A stretch of 41,229 nt of DNA from a virus. Taxonomy: Duplodnaviria > Caudoviricetes. Positions 1 through 8,878 of this stretch are shown here, one piece after another. Under the pieces are notes generated by a model that saw only the letters and a program-made list of their open reading frames with translations, was not told where the DNA came from and made no database searches. Position numbers and translations under genes: made by a program. Each line of letters begins with the position of its first letter. Position 1 is the stretch's first letter. The stretch lies in IMG/VR virus record IMGVR_UViG_3300044484_000015, positions 1-41,229 of that record; one strand, written 5' to 3'.

Positions 1-84
1 GCACCAGACCCGAGGCACCAGACCCGAGGCACCAGACCCGAGGCACCAGACCCGAGGCACCAGACCCGAGGCACCAGACCCGAG
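1..84 (+). repeat. Tandem repeat, 6 x 14-bp GCACCAGACCCGAG
   Basis: Six perfect adjacent copies with no spacers. Confidence 0.95.
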
Positions 85-120
85 GCACCAGATCGCTGAC
101 CAGATCGCTGACCAGATCGC
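1..120. repeat. Terminal direct repeat, left copy (identical to 41110-41229)
   Basis: The first 120 nt match the last 120 nt; circular-assembly overlap or true DTR. Confidence 0.95.
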
Positions 121-146
121 TGACCAGATCGCTGACCAGATCGCTG
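87..146 (+). repeat. Tandem repeat, 5 x 12-bp ACCAGATCGCTG
   Basis: Five perfect copies; shares the ACCAGA core with the 14-mer array. Confidence 0.95.
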
Positions 147-177
147 ACCCATCACCCTGCTGCTGGTCGGTGCGGTC

Positions 178-216
178 TGCGGTCGTGGTACAGGGTTGAG
201 ACCTACCACGACCGCA
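178..216. repeat. Perfect 13-bp inverted repeat (TGCGGTCGTGGTA-N13-TACCACGACCGCA)
   Basis: Read directly from the sequence. Confidence 0.9.
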
Positions 217-323
217 TAGTCCACCAAGACTAGCCGGCGACAGGGAGGAGACCACCGCCAGCGCAGCCACCCTACCACCGCGCGCCGGGCCGGCGCAAGG
301 GCGCGCTGGCAGCGCGGCCGGCG

Positions 324-613
324 CTCAACACCTCAACACGCTCAAACGCTGTTTTCCTATACTTCCCTACAGCATACATAGTACACCCTATAAGTATCTC
401 TATACCCTACCTCTTACCTCTTATATATAAATACATACAACTCCTATAGAGAGAGTGTTGAGAGTGTTGACCAGCGTACAGGGCACTGAAAACTAACGAT
501 AAAACACATCAACGCCACCAAATCAGTATCCCTGTTGACCTGCCCGACCCGGTGTTGTGCCTGTTGAGCATCTCAACACCCACCCCCGCATGCTCAACAC
601 GGCCCCTCAACAC
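324..613. promoter_or_regulatory. Putative replication origin: AT-rich, G-poor core flanked by CTCAACAC iteron-like motifs in both orientations
   Basis: CTCAACAC at 324, 332, 572, 593, 606; reverse copies GTGTTGAG/C at 455, 464 and TGTTGAG at 562; AT-rich stretch ~350-450; directly downstream of the primase-helicase. Confidence 0.55.
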
Positions 614-614
614 C

Positions 615-3131
615 TCACTCCGCTCCGACGACCTTGATCCGACCGTCGCGCTTTGCCTGCTCCAGCGCCGTCAGCATGCGATTAACGTCGGCAGCCGGAG
701 CCAGCAGGTCGTACCGCTCAGCCAGCCCAGTCTCCACCCACGACCCGCGTACACCGTCAGCCGCGCGGTAATACACTGTCACCAGCTTCTGGCGGCCGTC
801 AGGCCCGATCAACGTCTGCCGCGTCGGCATGGCCTTCCAGCCCATGCTGCTCTCAGCGCGCAGGATGTCCTGCACGCGACGCCACCAGTTCTTCAGGTGA
901 TCCCCCTCGCCCTCGGACGTGACCGCGATCTGCATGCGGCGGCGCAGGTCAGTGTTGGCGATGTAGTCACCCGGCACGCGCGACAGCACGTCGCGCAAGA
1001 TGTCTTCAACGTCTCCCTCGTTCTGCTGCTGCATGATTGCGCGCCCGTCTCCCATGTCGGGTGCCTCGCGCACGGCGTGCCAATCGACTGCCACGCCCTG
1101 AAGGTACGCCCGCAGCGCCGACCCAAACGCGGCGGTGAATACGCCCTCGGGACGCCACGGGTTCACCAGTTCCGCCAACCCAGCGCGCGAGATGAACTTG
1201 ATGTCCTCCTGCATCAGGACAGCAAAGCGGCGGTCATCCACCGTCAGCGGCAGCGCGTTCAGGTGGTTTGTGGCCAGCAGCATCGAGGCGAATATCTCCG
1301 CCGAGTAGGCGTTGATGTTCTTCTTGCGGATCAGCGTCTCGCGGCGGCGCGGGTCGGTGTACTGCTTCAGCCGCTCATAGCTTTCGCGCCGCTTCCACGT
1401 CATTGAGCCGCCGGCGTCATCGCCCGCCATAACCTCGTCGCACGTGACCAGTACGCTGTCGGCCAGCCACCCATTGTATTGCCCCTGACCGCCCGCGCCC
1501 AGCAATTCGACCGACGACACGGGAGACACGTTGTGTGACCCGAAGACCGACCCGAGCATGTCAAACAGCGTGCCGCGCCCCGTGCCTTGGATGCTGGCCA
1601 CCATCAGCACGCCACAACCAATGACCCACGGGCGCTGCGCCTTGGCGGCCACCCACATGCGAAACCAGTCACGCTCAGCGGCCACGGGCAGCAGATGCTC
1701 GATCAGCGCCTCAAAGGCCGACACCGCGCCCAGCGACGTGGCCTCGTCTACCTCCACATCCTCCGGCGCGCGGTAGGTGTTGACATAGGTTCGGCCGCTG
1801 ACCTGCGCCAGCACGCCAGACACGTCAGGCCGGTATCGATAGCCCGCCACATCGATGCGGCGCGCGTCCGCCACCCACAGGCCGACCGGGTTGATGACCT
1901 GCTCACCGCCGCGCGGGCCACGAATTGTCACCGCGTGCGGCTGCAGCAGCGTGCGGAAGTTGGCCATAGTCATCGCGCCCTCGGTCGGCGACGACAGCGG
2001 CACGACGCAACGCTGCTCTGACGCCATGTAGCAATACTCGGCCAGCAAGGCATCGACGACGGCATCCATGTCACCCGCCATGGATGCCCCGACGTCCGAT
2101 GCCGAGGGCGCAGCCGGCGGCGGGGACGCGGCGAACACAGACCCAGCGGCCGCCATGGCCTGCAGACGCTCCAACGCGCCCTGCGTCACGGCCCGAGGTG
2201 CCTCAGACGCTATGCGGTGCGTGTCTGCCGTCTCAAAGTCGATCACGCGCAGCACGTCGTCCGTCCCGACGCTGGCGATGCAGCGGGATCGGTTGTGCGA
2301 TCCGGGCGAGTGAAACGACGCCGACAGGCGGATGCCACGGTCGCCCTGCGCCGCGTCAATCAGTTCCGCCAGCGTCAGGTCGCCGTGCATTTGCGTCTCG
2401 AACACCGCATCATCGGCGATGTCAAACAGAACTTGCGGAGATGAAAAGCCAGCCTTGCTGCGGGTCTTACGCACCCACCCCAGCGCGTCGAGCGCAAGCG
2501 TTGCGGTGTCGGCGATCAGGGCGCACTCAGCCCGCGTCAACTCCGGCAGATCGGCCAGCGCCACGTCGATCAGGCTGTCGCCATCCCAGACGTACTCCTT
2601 CAGCACCACGCTCACGTCACTGTTGTCGCGGGTGTGCGCCCCGAAGACGCCCATCTGCTGGCCGCTCTCGCCACCAAATATCTCCACGCGGTGCGTCGTG
2701 CCGTCCTCGCCCTCAGGATCGTCGGCGCGGTAGAACGCGGCAGACGTCAAACGGGCAAAGGGTGTCTCCCCCTCTGCCAGCCGCACAAACCACGCCTCCT
2801 TAGTGCGAGCCGAACTGCGCCGCACTGGCGCAAACTTGACCTTCGCCCACAAGTCCTCGGGCAGGTGGTCGATCAGCGTCTCAATCGCGGTCACGTCATC
2901 GATGTCGATGTCGATGGCCACCAGCCGGCCCTCGACGCGGATGCCGGTAGACAAGTTCTTGGTCTGCGCGGACCAGCGATCAATCAATGCCGCATCGATA
3001 ACGACGTCGTTGCGACCCTCCATGAAACAACGCTTGTCGTAGTTCGGCACCGGGCTGTAGCCGTTGGCCAGCAGCCGGTGCCTGATCTCAGTCTGCCGAG
3101 CCAGTTCCTCAATGCGGTACGACATGCTCAC
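615..3131 (-). CDS. Primase-polymerase/helicase (N-terminal Prim-Pol-like domain, C-terminal SF3/DUF5906-like NTPase)
   Basis: 838 aa; N-terminal LVAIDIDIDD acidic motif; Walker A-like QGTGRGT, Walker B-like VTCDE, motif C-like LATNH, DRRF arginine finger. Confidence 0.85.
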   Translation of the reverse strand: MSMSYRIEELARQTEIRHRLLANGYSPVPNYDKRCFMEGRNDVVIDAALIDRWSAQTKNLSTGIRVEGRLVAIDIDIDDVTAIETLIDHLPEDLWAKVKFAPVRRSSARTKEAWFVRLAEGETPFARLTSAAFYRADDPEGEDGTTHRVEIFGGESGQQMGVFGAHTRDNSDVSVVLKEYVWDGDSLIDVALADLPELTRAECALIADTATLALDALGWVRKTRSKAGFSSPQVLFDIADDAVFETQMHGDLTLAELIDAAQGDRGIRLSASFHSPGSHNRSRCIASVGTDDVLRVIDFETADTHRIASEAPRAVTQGALERLQAMAAAGSVFAASPPPAAPSASDVGASMAGDMDAVVDALLAEYCYMASEQRCVVPLSSPTEGAMTMANFRTLLQPHAVTIRGPRGGEQVINPVGLWVADARRIDVAGYRYRPDVSGVLAQVSGRTYVNTYRAPEDVEVDEATSLGAVSAFEALIEHLLPVAAERDWFRMWVAAKAQRPWVIGCGVLMVASIQGTGRGTLFDMLGSVFGSHNVSPVSSVELLGAGGQGQYNGWLADSVLVTCDEVMAGDDAGGSMTWKRRESYERLKQYTDPRRRETLIRKKNINAYSAEIFASMLLATNHLNALPLTVDDRRFAVLMQEDIKFISRAGLAELVNPWRPEGVFTAAFGSALRAYLQGVAVDWHAVREAPDMGDGRAIMQQQNEGDVEDILRDVLSRVPGDYIANTDLRRRMQIAVTSEGEGDHLKNWWRRVQDILRAESSMGWKAMPTRQTLIGPDGRQKLVTVYYRAADGVRGSWVETGLAERYDLLAPAADVNRMLTALEQAKRDGRIKVVGAE

Positions 3132-3493
3132 ACGCTCCGATCAATAACGACGGGGAAGGTTTCGCCATATATCTCTACCGATGCCGCATGCCCCTCCAAC
3201 ACCGCCGCGCTAACGCTGGGGAAAACCCCAAGGTAATCCGACCCGCTGTCGTTGATCACCTGCGCCACGCAAAGTCCGTCGGGGGCCACATTGATCAACA
3301 GAGTGCGCCCGTCATCAGCAAGAGACGGTTTGTAACCACGCATGAAGTTGTCCACGTCGCCCTCTACCCAGCGCAACCCACCAGACGGAAGCCTCACAGG
3401 CTGCGGGAGGTGGCCAATCTCCATGATCTTGTACACCGTACTACGCGCGCAGCTTAGCTTTTCGCAAAGCTGTTCCATTGTGATCAGTTTCAT
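3128..3493 (-). CDS. AlpA/excisionase-like HTH protein with C-terminal extension
   Basis: MKLITMEQLCEKLSCARSTVYKIM..GHLPQPVRL...LRWVEGDVD is the AlpA pattern; AAGGAG RBS before ATG at 3493. Confidence 0.8.
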   Translation of the reverse strand: MKLITMEQLCEKLSCARSTVYKIMEIGHLPQPVRLPSGGLRWVEGDVDNFMRGYKPSLADDGRTLLINVAPDGLCVAQVINDSGSDYLGVFPSVSAAVLEGHAASVEIYGETFPVVIDRSV

Positions 3494-3545
3494 CTTTCTC
3501 TCCTTATTGCCGGACATGTTCGTACACATAACGACAACTTTGAAC

Positions 3546-5717
3546 TCAGTCTATGGTCTTGGTGTAATAGAAGCTTTCGCTGGCCTCGCAGGCGACCGGC
3601 AGGCCCTCGGCCCACGGTGGGAGGTCCAACATAGCCGTCTCCATGGCCTCACGGCCAGCCGCTACATCTGGTATGCTGGCCAGCCCGATGACCTCATCGT
3701 GCGTGTGCCCAACAACCAGTTGTGGCCACTCATCCTCAAGACGCCAGATCGCGTGGCGCAGCAGCGAGCCGGCGACGGCCTGCACGGCATTCTCGACCAG
3801 CGTGCCATACCACAGCGCCGCGCGGCCGTAGCCGCGCCGGTAGGTCAGCTGATCCTTGACCTCAATCTTGCCCGTGATCTTGTCGCGACGCTCGCGACGC
3901 TCCCACTTCAGCACCGGGTAGAGCAGCGGCCGCCCGTCGGGCAGGATGCAGACCAGCGTGCCGTGCATGTAGTCGGGCAGGTAGACATAGGTCAGGCGCG
4001 ATCCCACCGCCCGAGGCTGCCCCGGATTGTGCATGCACCAGATCGCGGCCTCCCACGTGTCGTCCCAATACCGACGCGCCCACGGGTTCACCTCGCGCCA
4101 CTTGCCCACGATCTCGCCGGCCTCGCCCTCGGTGAAGCTGGCCCCATAGTTCCGCGCCATGGCGAACAGGGCACCCTTGCCGCCACCGAAACCCAGCGAC
4201 AGGACGGGCACTTTGCCGTGGCTCTGGCGCTCCGCCTTGGTCACGTTCTTGGGGTCTTTGTTGAGGATCGAGCCGGCCTGCCGCTTGTAGATGTCGGGCA
4301 GCGACGGGTCGGCGTCATTGGCGCGGAAGATGTCCAGCACCGGCTTGGCCCCGAACGCCTCGCCCAGCCACGGCAGGACGCGCGCCTCGATGGCGCTGTA
4401 GTCGGCCCAGATCATCTTCTGCCCGGCGGGCGCGACGAACACGGGACGGATCAAGCGCGACAGCGTGCGGCCGACCGGGCCATGCTCGGCGATCTGCGGG
4501 TAGCTGGCTCCGCCCACGATGGCGTCGATGATGGCCAGTTCCTTGTCCTGATCGCCGACCGTCGCGCGCGTCAGGTTGTGGATTTGCAGGCCACGTGAAC
4601 TGAACCGGCCCGTCGCCGCCGCGCCGGCGAAGACGTACTGACCACGCAAGCGGTCGCCTTCAGACACCATCGGCAGCAGCTTGGTGAACTTGCGCGGCGT
4701 GGCGCTGGCCCCGTAGGCCCGCACCTGCAGCACCTGATACACCTGCCACTCGACGTCGGTCAGGCCAGCCTCGCCATCCAAACGCTCGAGGTACGCGATC
4801 AGGTCTTCGACCCGCGACCGCTCGAGCGAGTGTTTCTCAAGGCGCACGATGCCGTCGCCTTCCTCTTCCTGCTCTTCGACCACCTCGCGCAGGAGGATCG
4901 CCTTGGCATCAGACAGGTGGTCAACGCGATCCAGCACCCACGCGCACAGGGCCTCATGCTGGTTGACGCTGTACAGCGCGCCCTCGGTCAAGCGGGCGAT
5001 CTCGGCATTGGCTCGGTCGGCATTCTCTTCCGCCAGAGCCGACGCCGCTCGGGCAAACTCAACATCGACCGGCATGCCGGTGTCGTTGACCCGCTCGCTG
5101 GCCCAGTACTGCCGCCACTCCATCAGAGACAGCGGCAGCGTGGCCTGCCACACCGTCCGCATGGGCGGGATGTCGTCGAGGGCATAGAGGCAGAAGGCCT
5201 CCCACGCCTCGGGATGCTCGGCCGGCGCGGCAAAGGGTCGCACGCAGAACTGCTGGATCAAGCGCTTCCCCTCGGGCCGCTTCTGCACCTCGGCGTGGGC
5301 GATCCGCCCGGCGCTGGCCAGATCGGGCGGCAGGTGCGACCGCACGGCCTGCACCATGGCGTCAAGGAAATGCTCGGGCTTGGCGTCGAGGTATCCGATC
5401 ATGCCGCGCGACAGCGCCTTTCGGTCGAAGGCGGCATTCCACGCCACGAACCACGCCTCGCCCGCCTCGACGCGCTCCAGATGAGCCAGCAGGTCATCGG
5501 GCGCGTCGTTCCAATCCAGCCACGCGCCAGCGTGGGCCTGATCCTGTGACCATATTTGCACCGGCCCGTCGCCGATGGCGTAGGTCACGATCATCACGCG
5601 GAAGGCCGGATCGGCGCTGTAGGGGTAGATGCCGGTGGCCTTCAGATCGGCCCCCGACAGGGTCTCGGTGTCGATGAAACAGAGGCGATCAATGTCGTTG
5701 GGGAGGAAATCAGACAT
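3546..5717 (-). CDS. polA: Family A DNA polymerase with 3'-5' exonuclease domain
   Basis: ExoI DTET, ExoII WNAAFD, TGRFSS, motif A ADYSAIEARVL, motif B KVPVLSLGFG, ENAVQ, motif C HDE. Confidence 0.95.
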   Translation of the reverse strand: MSDFLPNDIDRLCFIDTETLSGADLKATGIYPYSADPAFRVMIVTYAIGDGPVQIWSQDQAHAGAWLDWNDAPDDLLAHLERVEAGEAWFVAWNAAFDRKALSRGMIGYLDAKPEHFLDAMVQAVRSHLPPDLASAGRIAHAEVQKRPEGKRLIQQFCVRPFAAPAEHPEAWEAFCLYALDDIPPMRTVWQATLPLSLMEWRQYWASERVNDTGMPVDVEFARAASALAEENADRANAEIARLTEGALYSVNQHEALCAWVLDRVDHLSDAKAILLREVVEEQEEEGDGIVRLEKHSLERSRVEDLIAYLERLDGEAGLTDVEWQVYQVLQVRAYGASATPRKFTKLLPMVSEGDRLRGQYVFAGAAATGRFSSRGLQIHNLTRATVGDQDKELAIIDAIVGGASYPQIAEHGPVGRTLSRLIRPVFVAPAGQKMIWADYSAIEARVLPWLGEAFGAKPVLDIFRANDADPSLPDIYKRQAGSILNKDPKNVTKAERQSHGKVPVLSLGFGGGKGALFAMARNYGASFTEGEAGEIVGKWREVNPWARRYWDDTWEAAIWCMHNPGQPRAVGSRLTYVYLPDYMHGTLVCILPDGRPLLYPVLKWERRERRDKITGKIEVKDQLTYRRGYGRAALWYGTLVENAVQAVAGSLLRHAIWRLEDEWPQLVVGHTHDEVIGLASIPDVAAGREAMETAMLDLPPWAEGLPVACEASESFYYTKTID

Positions 5718-5992
5718 CAGTGCTTCACCGCGCTAATCGGTTCGATCATGCGGTCGAACAACTCATCCGCCACCGCGTCGGCGACGCTGGAACACAGTGG
5801 GCAGTCGCAGAAGTTCCCCATATCGGCGACGATCTGCGACGCGCCCCACATGACGCCGACGGCGACAGACACGGGCACGTCGTGCTTAGTGCCCCACTCG
5901 CCAAGCCCAGTCAGTAACGGCTTCAGCAGCGCGTACAGCTCATTCCACGCCTGCGGCGTAATCACCACAGCCCTATATTCCTCGTCGGTCAT
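5717..5992 (-). CDS. Hypothetical protein (CxCxxC)
   Basis: ATGA overlap with upstream VRR-NUC stop; RBS AGGAGACAGGAC; stop overlaps polA start. Confidence 0.65.
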   Translation of the reverse strand: MTDEEYRAVVITPQAWNELYALLKPLLTGLGEWGTKHDVPVSVAVGVMWGASQIVADMGNFCDCPLCSSVADAVADELFDRMIEPISAVKH

Positions 5993-6273
5993 GTCCTGTC
6001 TCCTATCAGCGCGTCCACCTCGGCGCGCGTTTTCACGAAGTGATGTTCGCAGCCCAGTGCCAGCAATCTCTTGCGCCACCAGTGCTGCAGGGCCGAGATC
6101 ACGCCACCCTTCGGTCGCTTCAACTCGACGAATACCACACGCGGCCCCGGCAACACGATAAGCCTGTCAGGTACTCCACGCAACCCCACAGGGGATAGTT
6201 TTATACACACCCCTCCCAGACCCTCTACTTGCCCACGCAAGTATTCCTCTATTGACGCCTCTCGACTTGCCAC
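5989..6273 (-). CDS. VRR-NUC domain nuclease (Holliday junction resolvase-like)
   Basis: E..IE, GVPDRL, FVELKRP PD-(D/E)xK signature, LQ..W. Confidence 0.9.
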   Translation of the reverse strand: MASREASIEEYLRGQVEGLGGVCIKLSPVGLRGVPDRLIVLPGPRVVFVELKRPKGGVISALQHWWRKRLLALGCEHHFVKTRAEVDALIGDRT

Positions 6274-6280
6274 TTATGTT
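6252..6280 (+). promoter_or_regulatory. Sigma70-type promoter TTGACG-N17-TATGTT for the rightward operon
   Basis: -35 at 6252-6257, -10 at 6275-6280; overlaps the start of the divergent VRR-NUC gene. Confidence 0.65.
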
Positions 6281-6309
6281 CCCCCTCACTGGAACCTGAG
6301 GAGTACGAC

Positions 6310-6495
6310 ATGATCGACCTTGACGCAATGCGTCTGCCAGAAGCGGAGGCCAAGCGGGAGCAGGTGAAAACCTTCCTGACGCCAGAGGCACGCGCCCGCG
6401 TCAAAGCGGCTGCGGCATTCACGGGACGCCCCGAGTACGTCATCATCGAGGCCGCCGTCATGGCGGCCGTGCCTGACGTCCAAAGCGCGGGCTGA
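6310..6495 (+). CDS. Ribbon-helix-helix-like DNA-binding protein
   Basis: QVKTFL strand followed by helix-G-helix (Arc/CopG-like pattern); GAGGAG RBS; first gene after the promoter. Confidence 0.55.
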   Translation: MIDLDAMRLPEAEAKREQVKTFLTPEARARVKAAAAFTGRPEYVIIEAAVMAAVPDVQSAG

Positions 6496-6553
6496 CACAG
6501 ATACGACCCGTGCCGGATCGGGACCATCCGGCATCGAACGATTGGAGGAAACC

Positions 6554-6988
6554 ATGTTCGGCAAACTGAAAGAGCGACTGACGGGCGGCGCGGCGCGCCT
6601 GAACGGCAAGATGGACCTGCTGGAGGGCGTCTGCGCGGCCTGCGTGCTGGTTGGCGCGGCGGACGGCGACATGTCCGATGATGAGGGCGCGGTGGCGCTG
6701 GATCGCCTGATGAACCATGAGGTGCTGTCGAAGGCATTTTCGGGCACGCAGATCGAGGCGGCCTTCGACAAGCAGGCCAAGCGCGCGAAGAGCGGCATGT
6801 CTGGCCGGCTGGCGCTGCGTCGCGAGGTTGAAGACGTGAAGGGCAAGTCCTCGGCCGAGGATTGCGAGATGCTGCTGGTGATCGCCATCGACGTGGCGGC
6901 CGCCGACGGTGACATCGGGGCCAAGGAGCAGGGCGCGCTCAACACCATCGCGCAGACCATGGGCCTCTCGCTGAGCCGGTACATCTGA
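6554..6988 (+). CDS. terB: TerB (tellurite-resistance family) domain protein
   Basis: Duplicated AADG..S..E and VAAADGDI..KE motifs; GGAGG RBS. Confidence 0.85.
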   Translation: MFGKLKERLTGGAARLNGKMDLLEGVCAACVLVGAADGDMSDDEGAVALDRLMNHEVLSKAFSGTQIEAAFDKQAKRAKSGMSGRLALRREVEDVKGKSSAEDCEMLLVIAIDVAAADGDIGAKEQGALNTIAQTMGLSLSRYI

Positions 6989-7146
6989 TGGAGAACCTGC
7001 CCAACATCAGGAAACTGGCGTTGTGGGTGGGTGGGCCGATCTTGGCGATCACACTTGTGTGGTTGGTCGCCAAGACCCTCCTTCCGTTCGCCATCGGCGT
7101 CGTCTGCGGCGTGGCCGCGCGTTACTTCTGGGACAACAGATCATGA
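6988..7146 (+). CDS. Small membrane protein, 52 aa (not in ORF track)
   Basis: MENLPNIRKLALWVGGPILAITLVWLVAKTLLPFAIGVVCGVAARYFWDNRS; start overlaps terB stop, stop overlaps next start. Confidence 0.75.
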   Translation: MENLPNIRKLALWVGGPILAITLVWLVAKTLLPFAIGVVCGVAARYFWDNRS

Positions 7147-7382
7147 GCAAAGGCGAATACCGGGTCGGTATCAAATTCAACCCGTCGGCCGACGACCATG
7201 TCGGGCAGATCAAGCGCATGGCCGCTGACCTGATCGACTACATCGAGACGATCCGCGCCAGTGGTGACGGTCATGACCAAGTGACGGAGGTGCTTAGGCT
7301 CCGCGCGCTGGCTCAGACCGCTATCGAAGACGGCGCGATGTGGGCGGTGAAGGCTGCCACCAAGCCTGAGCCGGGGGTGTGA
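7143..7382 (+). CDS. Acb2/Tad1-like helical hairpin protein (putative cyclic-nucleotide sponge)
   Basis: 79 aa; IKRMAADLIDYI...RLRALAQTAIEDGAMWAVKAATKP resembles the Acb2/Tad1 hairpin as recalled. Confidence 0.55.
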   Translation: MSKGEYRVGIKFNPSADDHVGQIKRMAADLIDYIETIRASGDGHDQVTEVLRLRALAQTAIEDGAMWAVKAATKPEPGV

Positions 7383-7383
7383 C

Positions 7384-7587
7384 ATGAGCGATGAGGGGCT
7401 GACGTGGGACGAAGGGACGGCGCTCTTGGCGCAAGTGCAGGAGCAGCTGCTCGCCAAGGGCGTCCGCCTCTCTGTCGGGGCCTGCGGTTGCTGCACCAGC
7501 CCGTGGGTGCGGTTCGAGATTGATGGGGTGATCATGCCCATGCTCGAGGGCCACAACATCAACATGTTTGAAGACGAAGAAGGTTAA
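7384..7587 (+). CDS. Hypothetical protein (CGCC motif)
   Basis: Tightly packed ORF within the operon. Confidence 0.65.
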   Translation: MSDEGLTWDEGTALLAQVQEQLLAKGVRLSVGACGCCTSPWVRFEIDGVIMPMLEGHNINMFEDEEG

Positions 7588-7597
7588 GGAAACAGGA

Positions 7598-8878
7598 ATG
7601 ACCGACCACATCACACCTGAAGAACACAGCGACGTCGTCGGCGGATCGACCGCCGCGCGTCGCATGGGCTGCCCGGCATCCTACCGGCTGGAGCAGCTGG
7701 TGCCGAAGGATGAGCGCGGCAGCGCCTATGCCCGCGAGGGCACGGCCCTGCACGAACTGATGGCCATGACACTGCGCGACGGCATCGAGCCGACGTCGAT
7801 CCTGCCGTACACTTTCACGGCCGCCGACGGGTCGTGGTCGTTCACGGTGGATCGCGAACTGTGGGACGACAAGGGCGAGCCGGCGCTGGCGGCCTTCGAC
7901 CGCTTCTGCGCCCAGATGGAGGCCGCAATCGGCGACGACATGCACATGCTGGTCGAGCGTCGTGTGGCCGTGCCGGGCATCGAGGGAGCCTTCGGGACGT
8001 CCGACATCATCGGCCGCTGCGGCGGCGAACTGTTTGTCATGGATTGGAAGTTCGGCTTCAAGCCCGTGTCGGCCGAGGCCAACAAGCAGCTGATGTTCTA
8101 TGCCGCCGGTGCTTTGAACACCGAGCGGGCGTGGATCACCGAGGAACTGGCCGATGACCCGACGACGCCCGTCACGCTGGCCATCATCCAGCCGCTGAAC
8201 GTGCAGAGCGGCAAGGAGATCGTCGCGCACTGGGAGACCACCTGCGGCGATCTCGCCACCTACATGGCGGAACTGCAGGCGGCCGTGGCCGAGGCCAAGA
8301 CGCCAGACGCGCGGATCGCGAAGGGCACGTGGTGTGACTTCGCGCGCTGCAAGACCGTCTGCCCGCTCCACCTCAATGCGGTGGGCGTGCTGGGCGACAA
8401 GCTGGCCGAACTGAAGGCGCGGCAGGCGGCGTCAAACGGATCGCCCGAGGATCGCATCGAGTGGGGACAGCGCTTCGCTGAACTGCTGGAGATGGCCGAG
8501 TTGGCCGAGCCACTGGTGGCCGAAGTGTTCGCGCAGGCGCACGCCTACGCCGAGCAGGGCAGCCCGATCCCCGGCTGGGCACTGGAGGCCAAGAAGGCCG
8601 GCAACCGTTCGTGGGCCGTGGAAGAGCGGCTGCTGAAGCTGTTCTTCAAGCGGCACCGCATCAAGCAGGACGAGTGGACCGACCGCAAGATCAAGTCCCC
8701 CGCGCAGATCGAAAAGATCGTCAAGGCGCGCGGCGTTCAGCTGCCGAAGCACTACGTCGCGGCCGGCGTGTCGAGCGGCACCAAGCTGTCGCGCAGCGAA
8801 AAGGTGAAGAAGCCGGTGCAGTCTGTGCCCGAGCGTCTGCGCGCCCTGTCGGACGCGCTGCTGGGCCGCAAGGCCTAA
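7598..8878 (+). CDS. DUF2800/Cas4-like PD-(D/E)xK exonuclease
   Basis: N-terminal CPAS, EGTALH, FGTSDI..VMDWKFG, QLMFYA, C-terminal WCDFARCKTVCP Cys cluster. Confidence 0.88.
   Translation: MTDHITPEEHSDVVGGSTAARRMGCPASYRLEQLVPKDERGSAYAREGTALHELMAMTLRDGIEPTSILPYTFTAADGSWSFTVDRELWDDKGEPALAAFDRFCAQMEAAIGDDMHMLVERRVAVPGIEGAFGTSDIIGRCGGELFVMDWKFGFKPVSAEANKQLMFYAAGALNTERAWITEELADDPTTPVTLAIIQPLNVQSGKEIVAHWETTCGDLATYMAELQAAVAEAKTPDARIAKGTWCDFARCKTVCPLHLNAVGVLGDKLAELKARQAASNGSPEDRIEWGQRFAELLEMAELAEPLVAEVFAQAHAYAEQGSPIPGWALEAKKAGNRSWAVEERLLKLFFKRHRIKQDEWTDRKIKSPAQIEKIVKARGVQLPKHYVAAGVSSGTKLSRSEKVKKPVQSVPERLRALSDALLGRKA

Noticed and set aside
1-146. CRISPR array
   Set aside because: Repeats are 12-14 bp and directly adjacent with no unique spacers; no cas operon
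1570-1592. Inactive helicase because Walker A reads GTGRGT
   Set aside because: Conservative K-to-R change with the other SF3 motifs intact; no basis to call it inactive
3128-3493. Integrase/excisionase lysogeny module
   Set aside because: An AlpA-like gene is present but no recombinase or CI-like repressor was recognised anywhere in the window
552-5549. Long plus-strand ORFs opposite the primase and polA (and similar shadows genome-wide, e.g. 22493-24184, 32284-32934)
   Set aside because: Antisense shadow ORFs expected in high-GC coding DNA; no motifs or RBS
7598-8878. Cas4 as evidence of a CRISPR-Cas system
   Set aside because: Stand-alone DUF2800-type phage nuclease in a replication module; no cas1, cas2 or array
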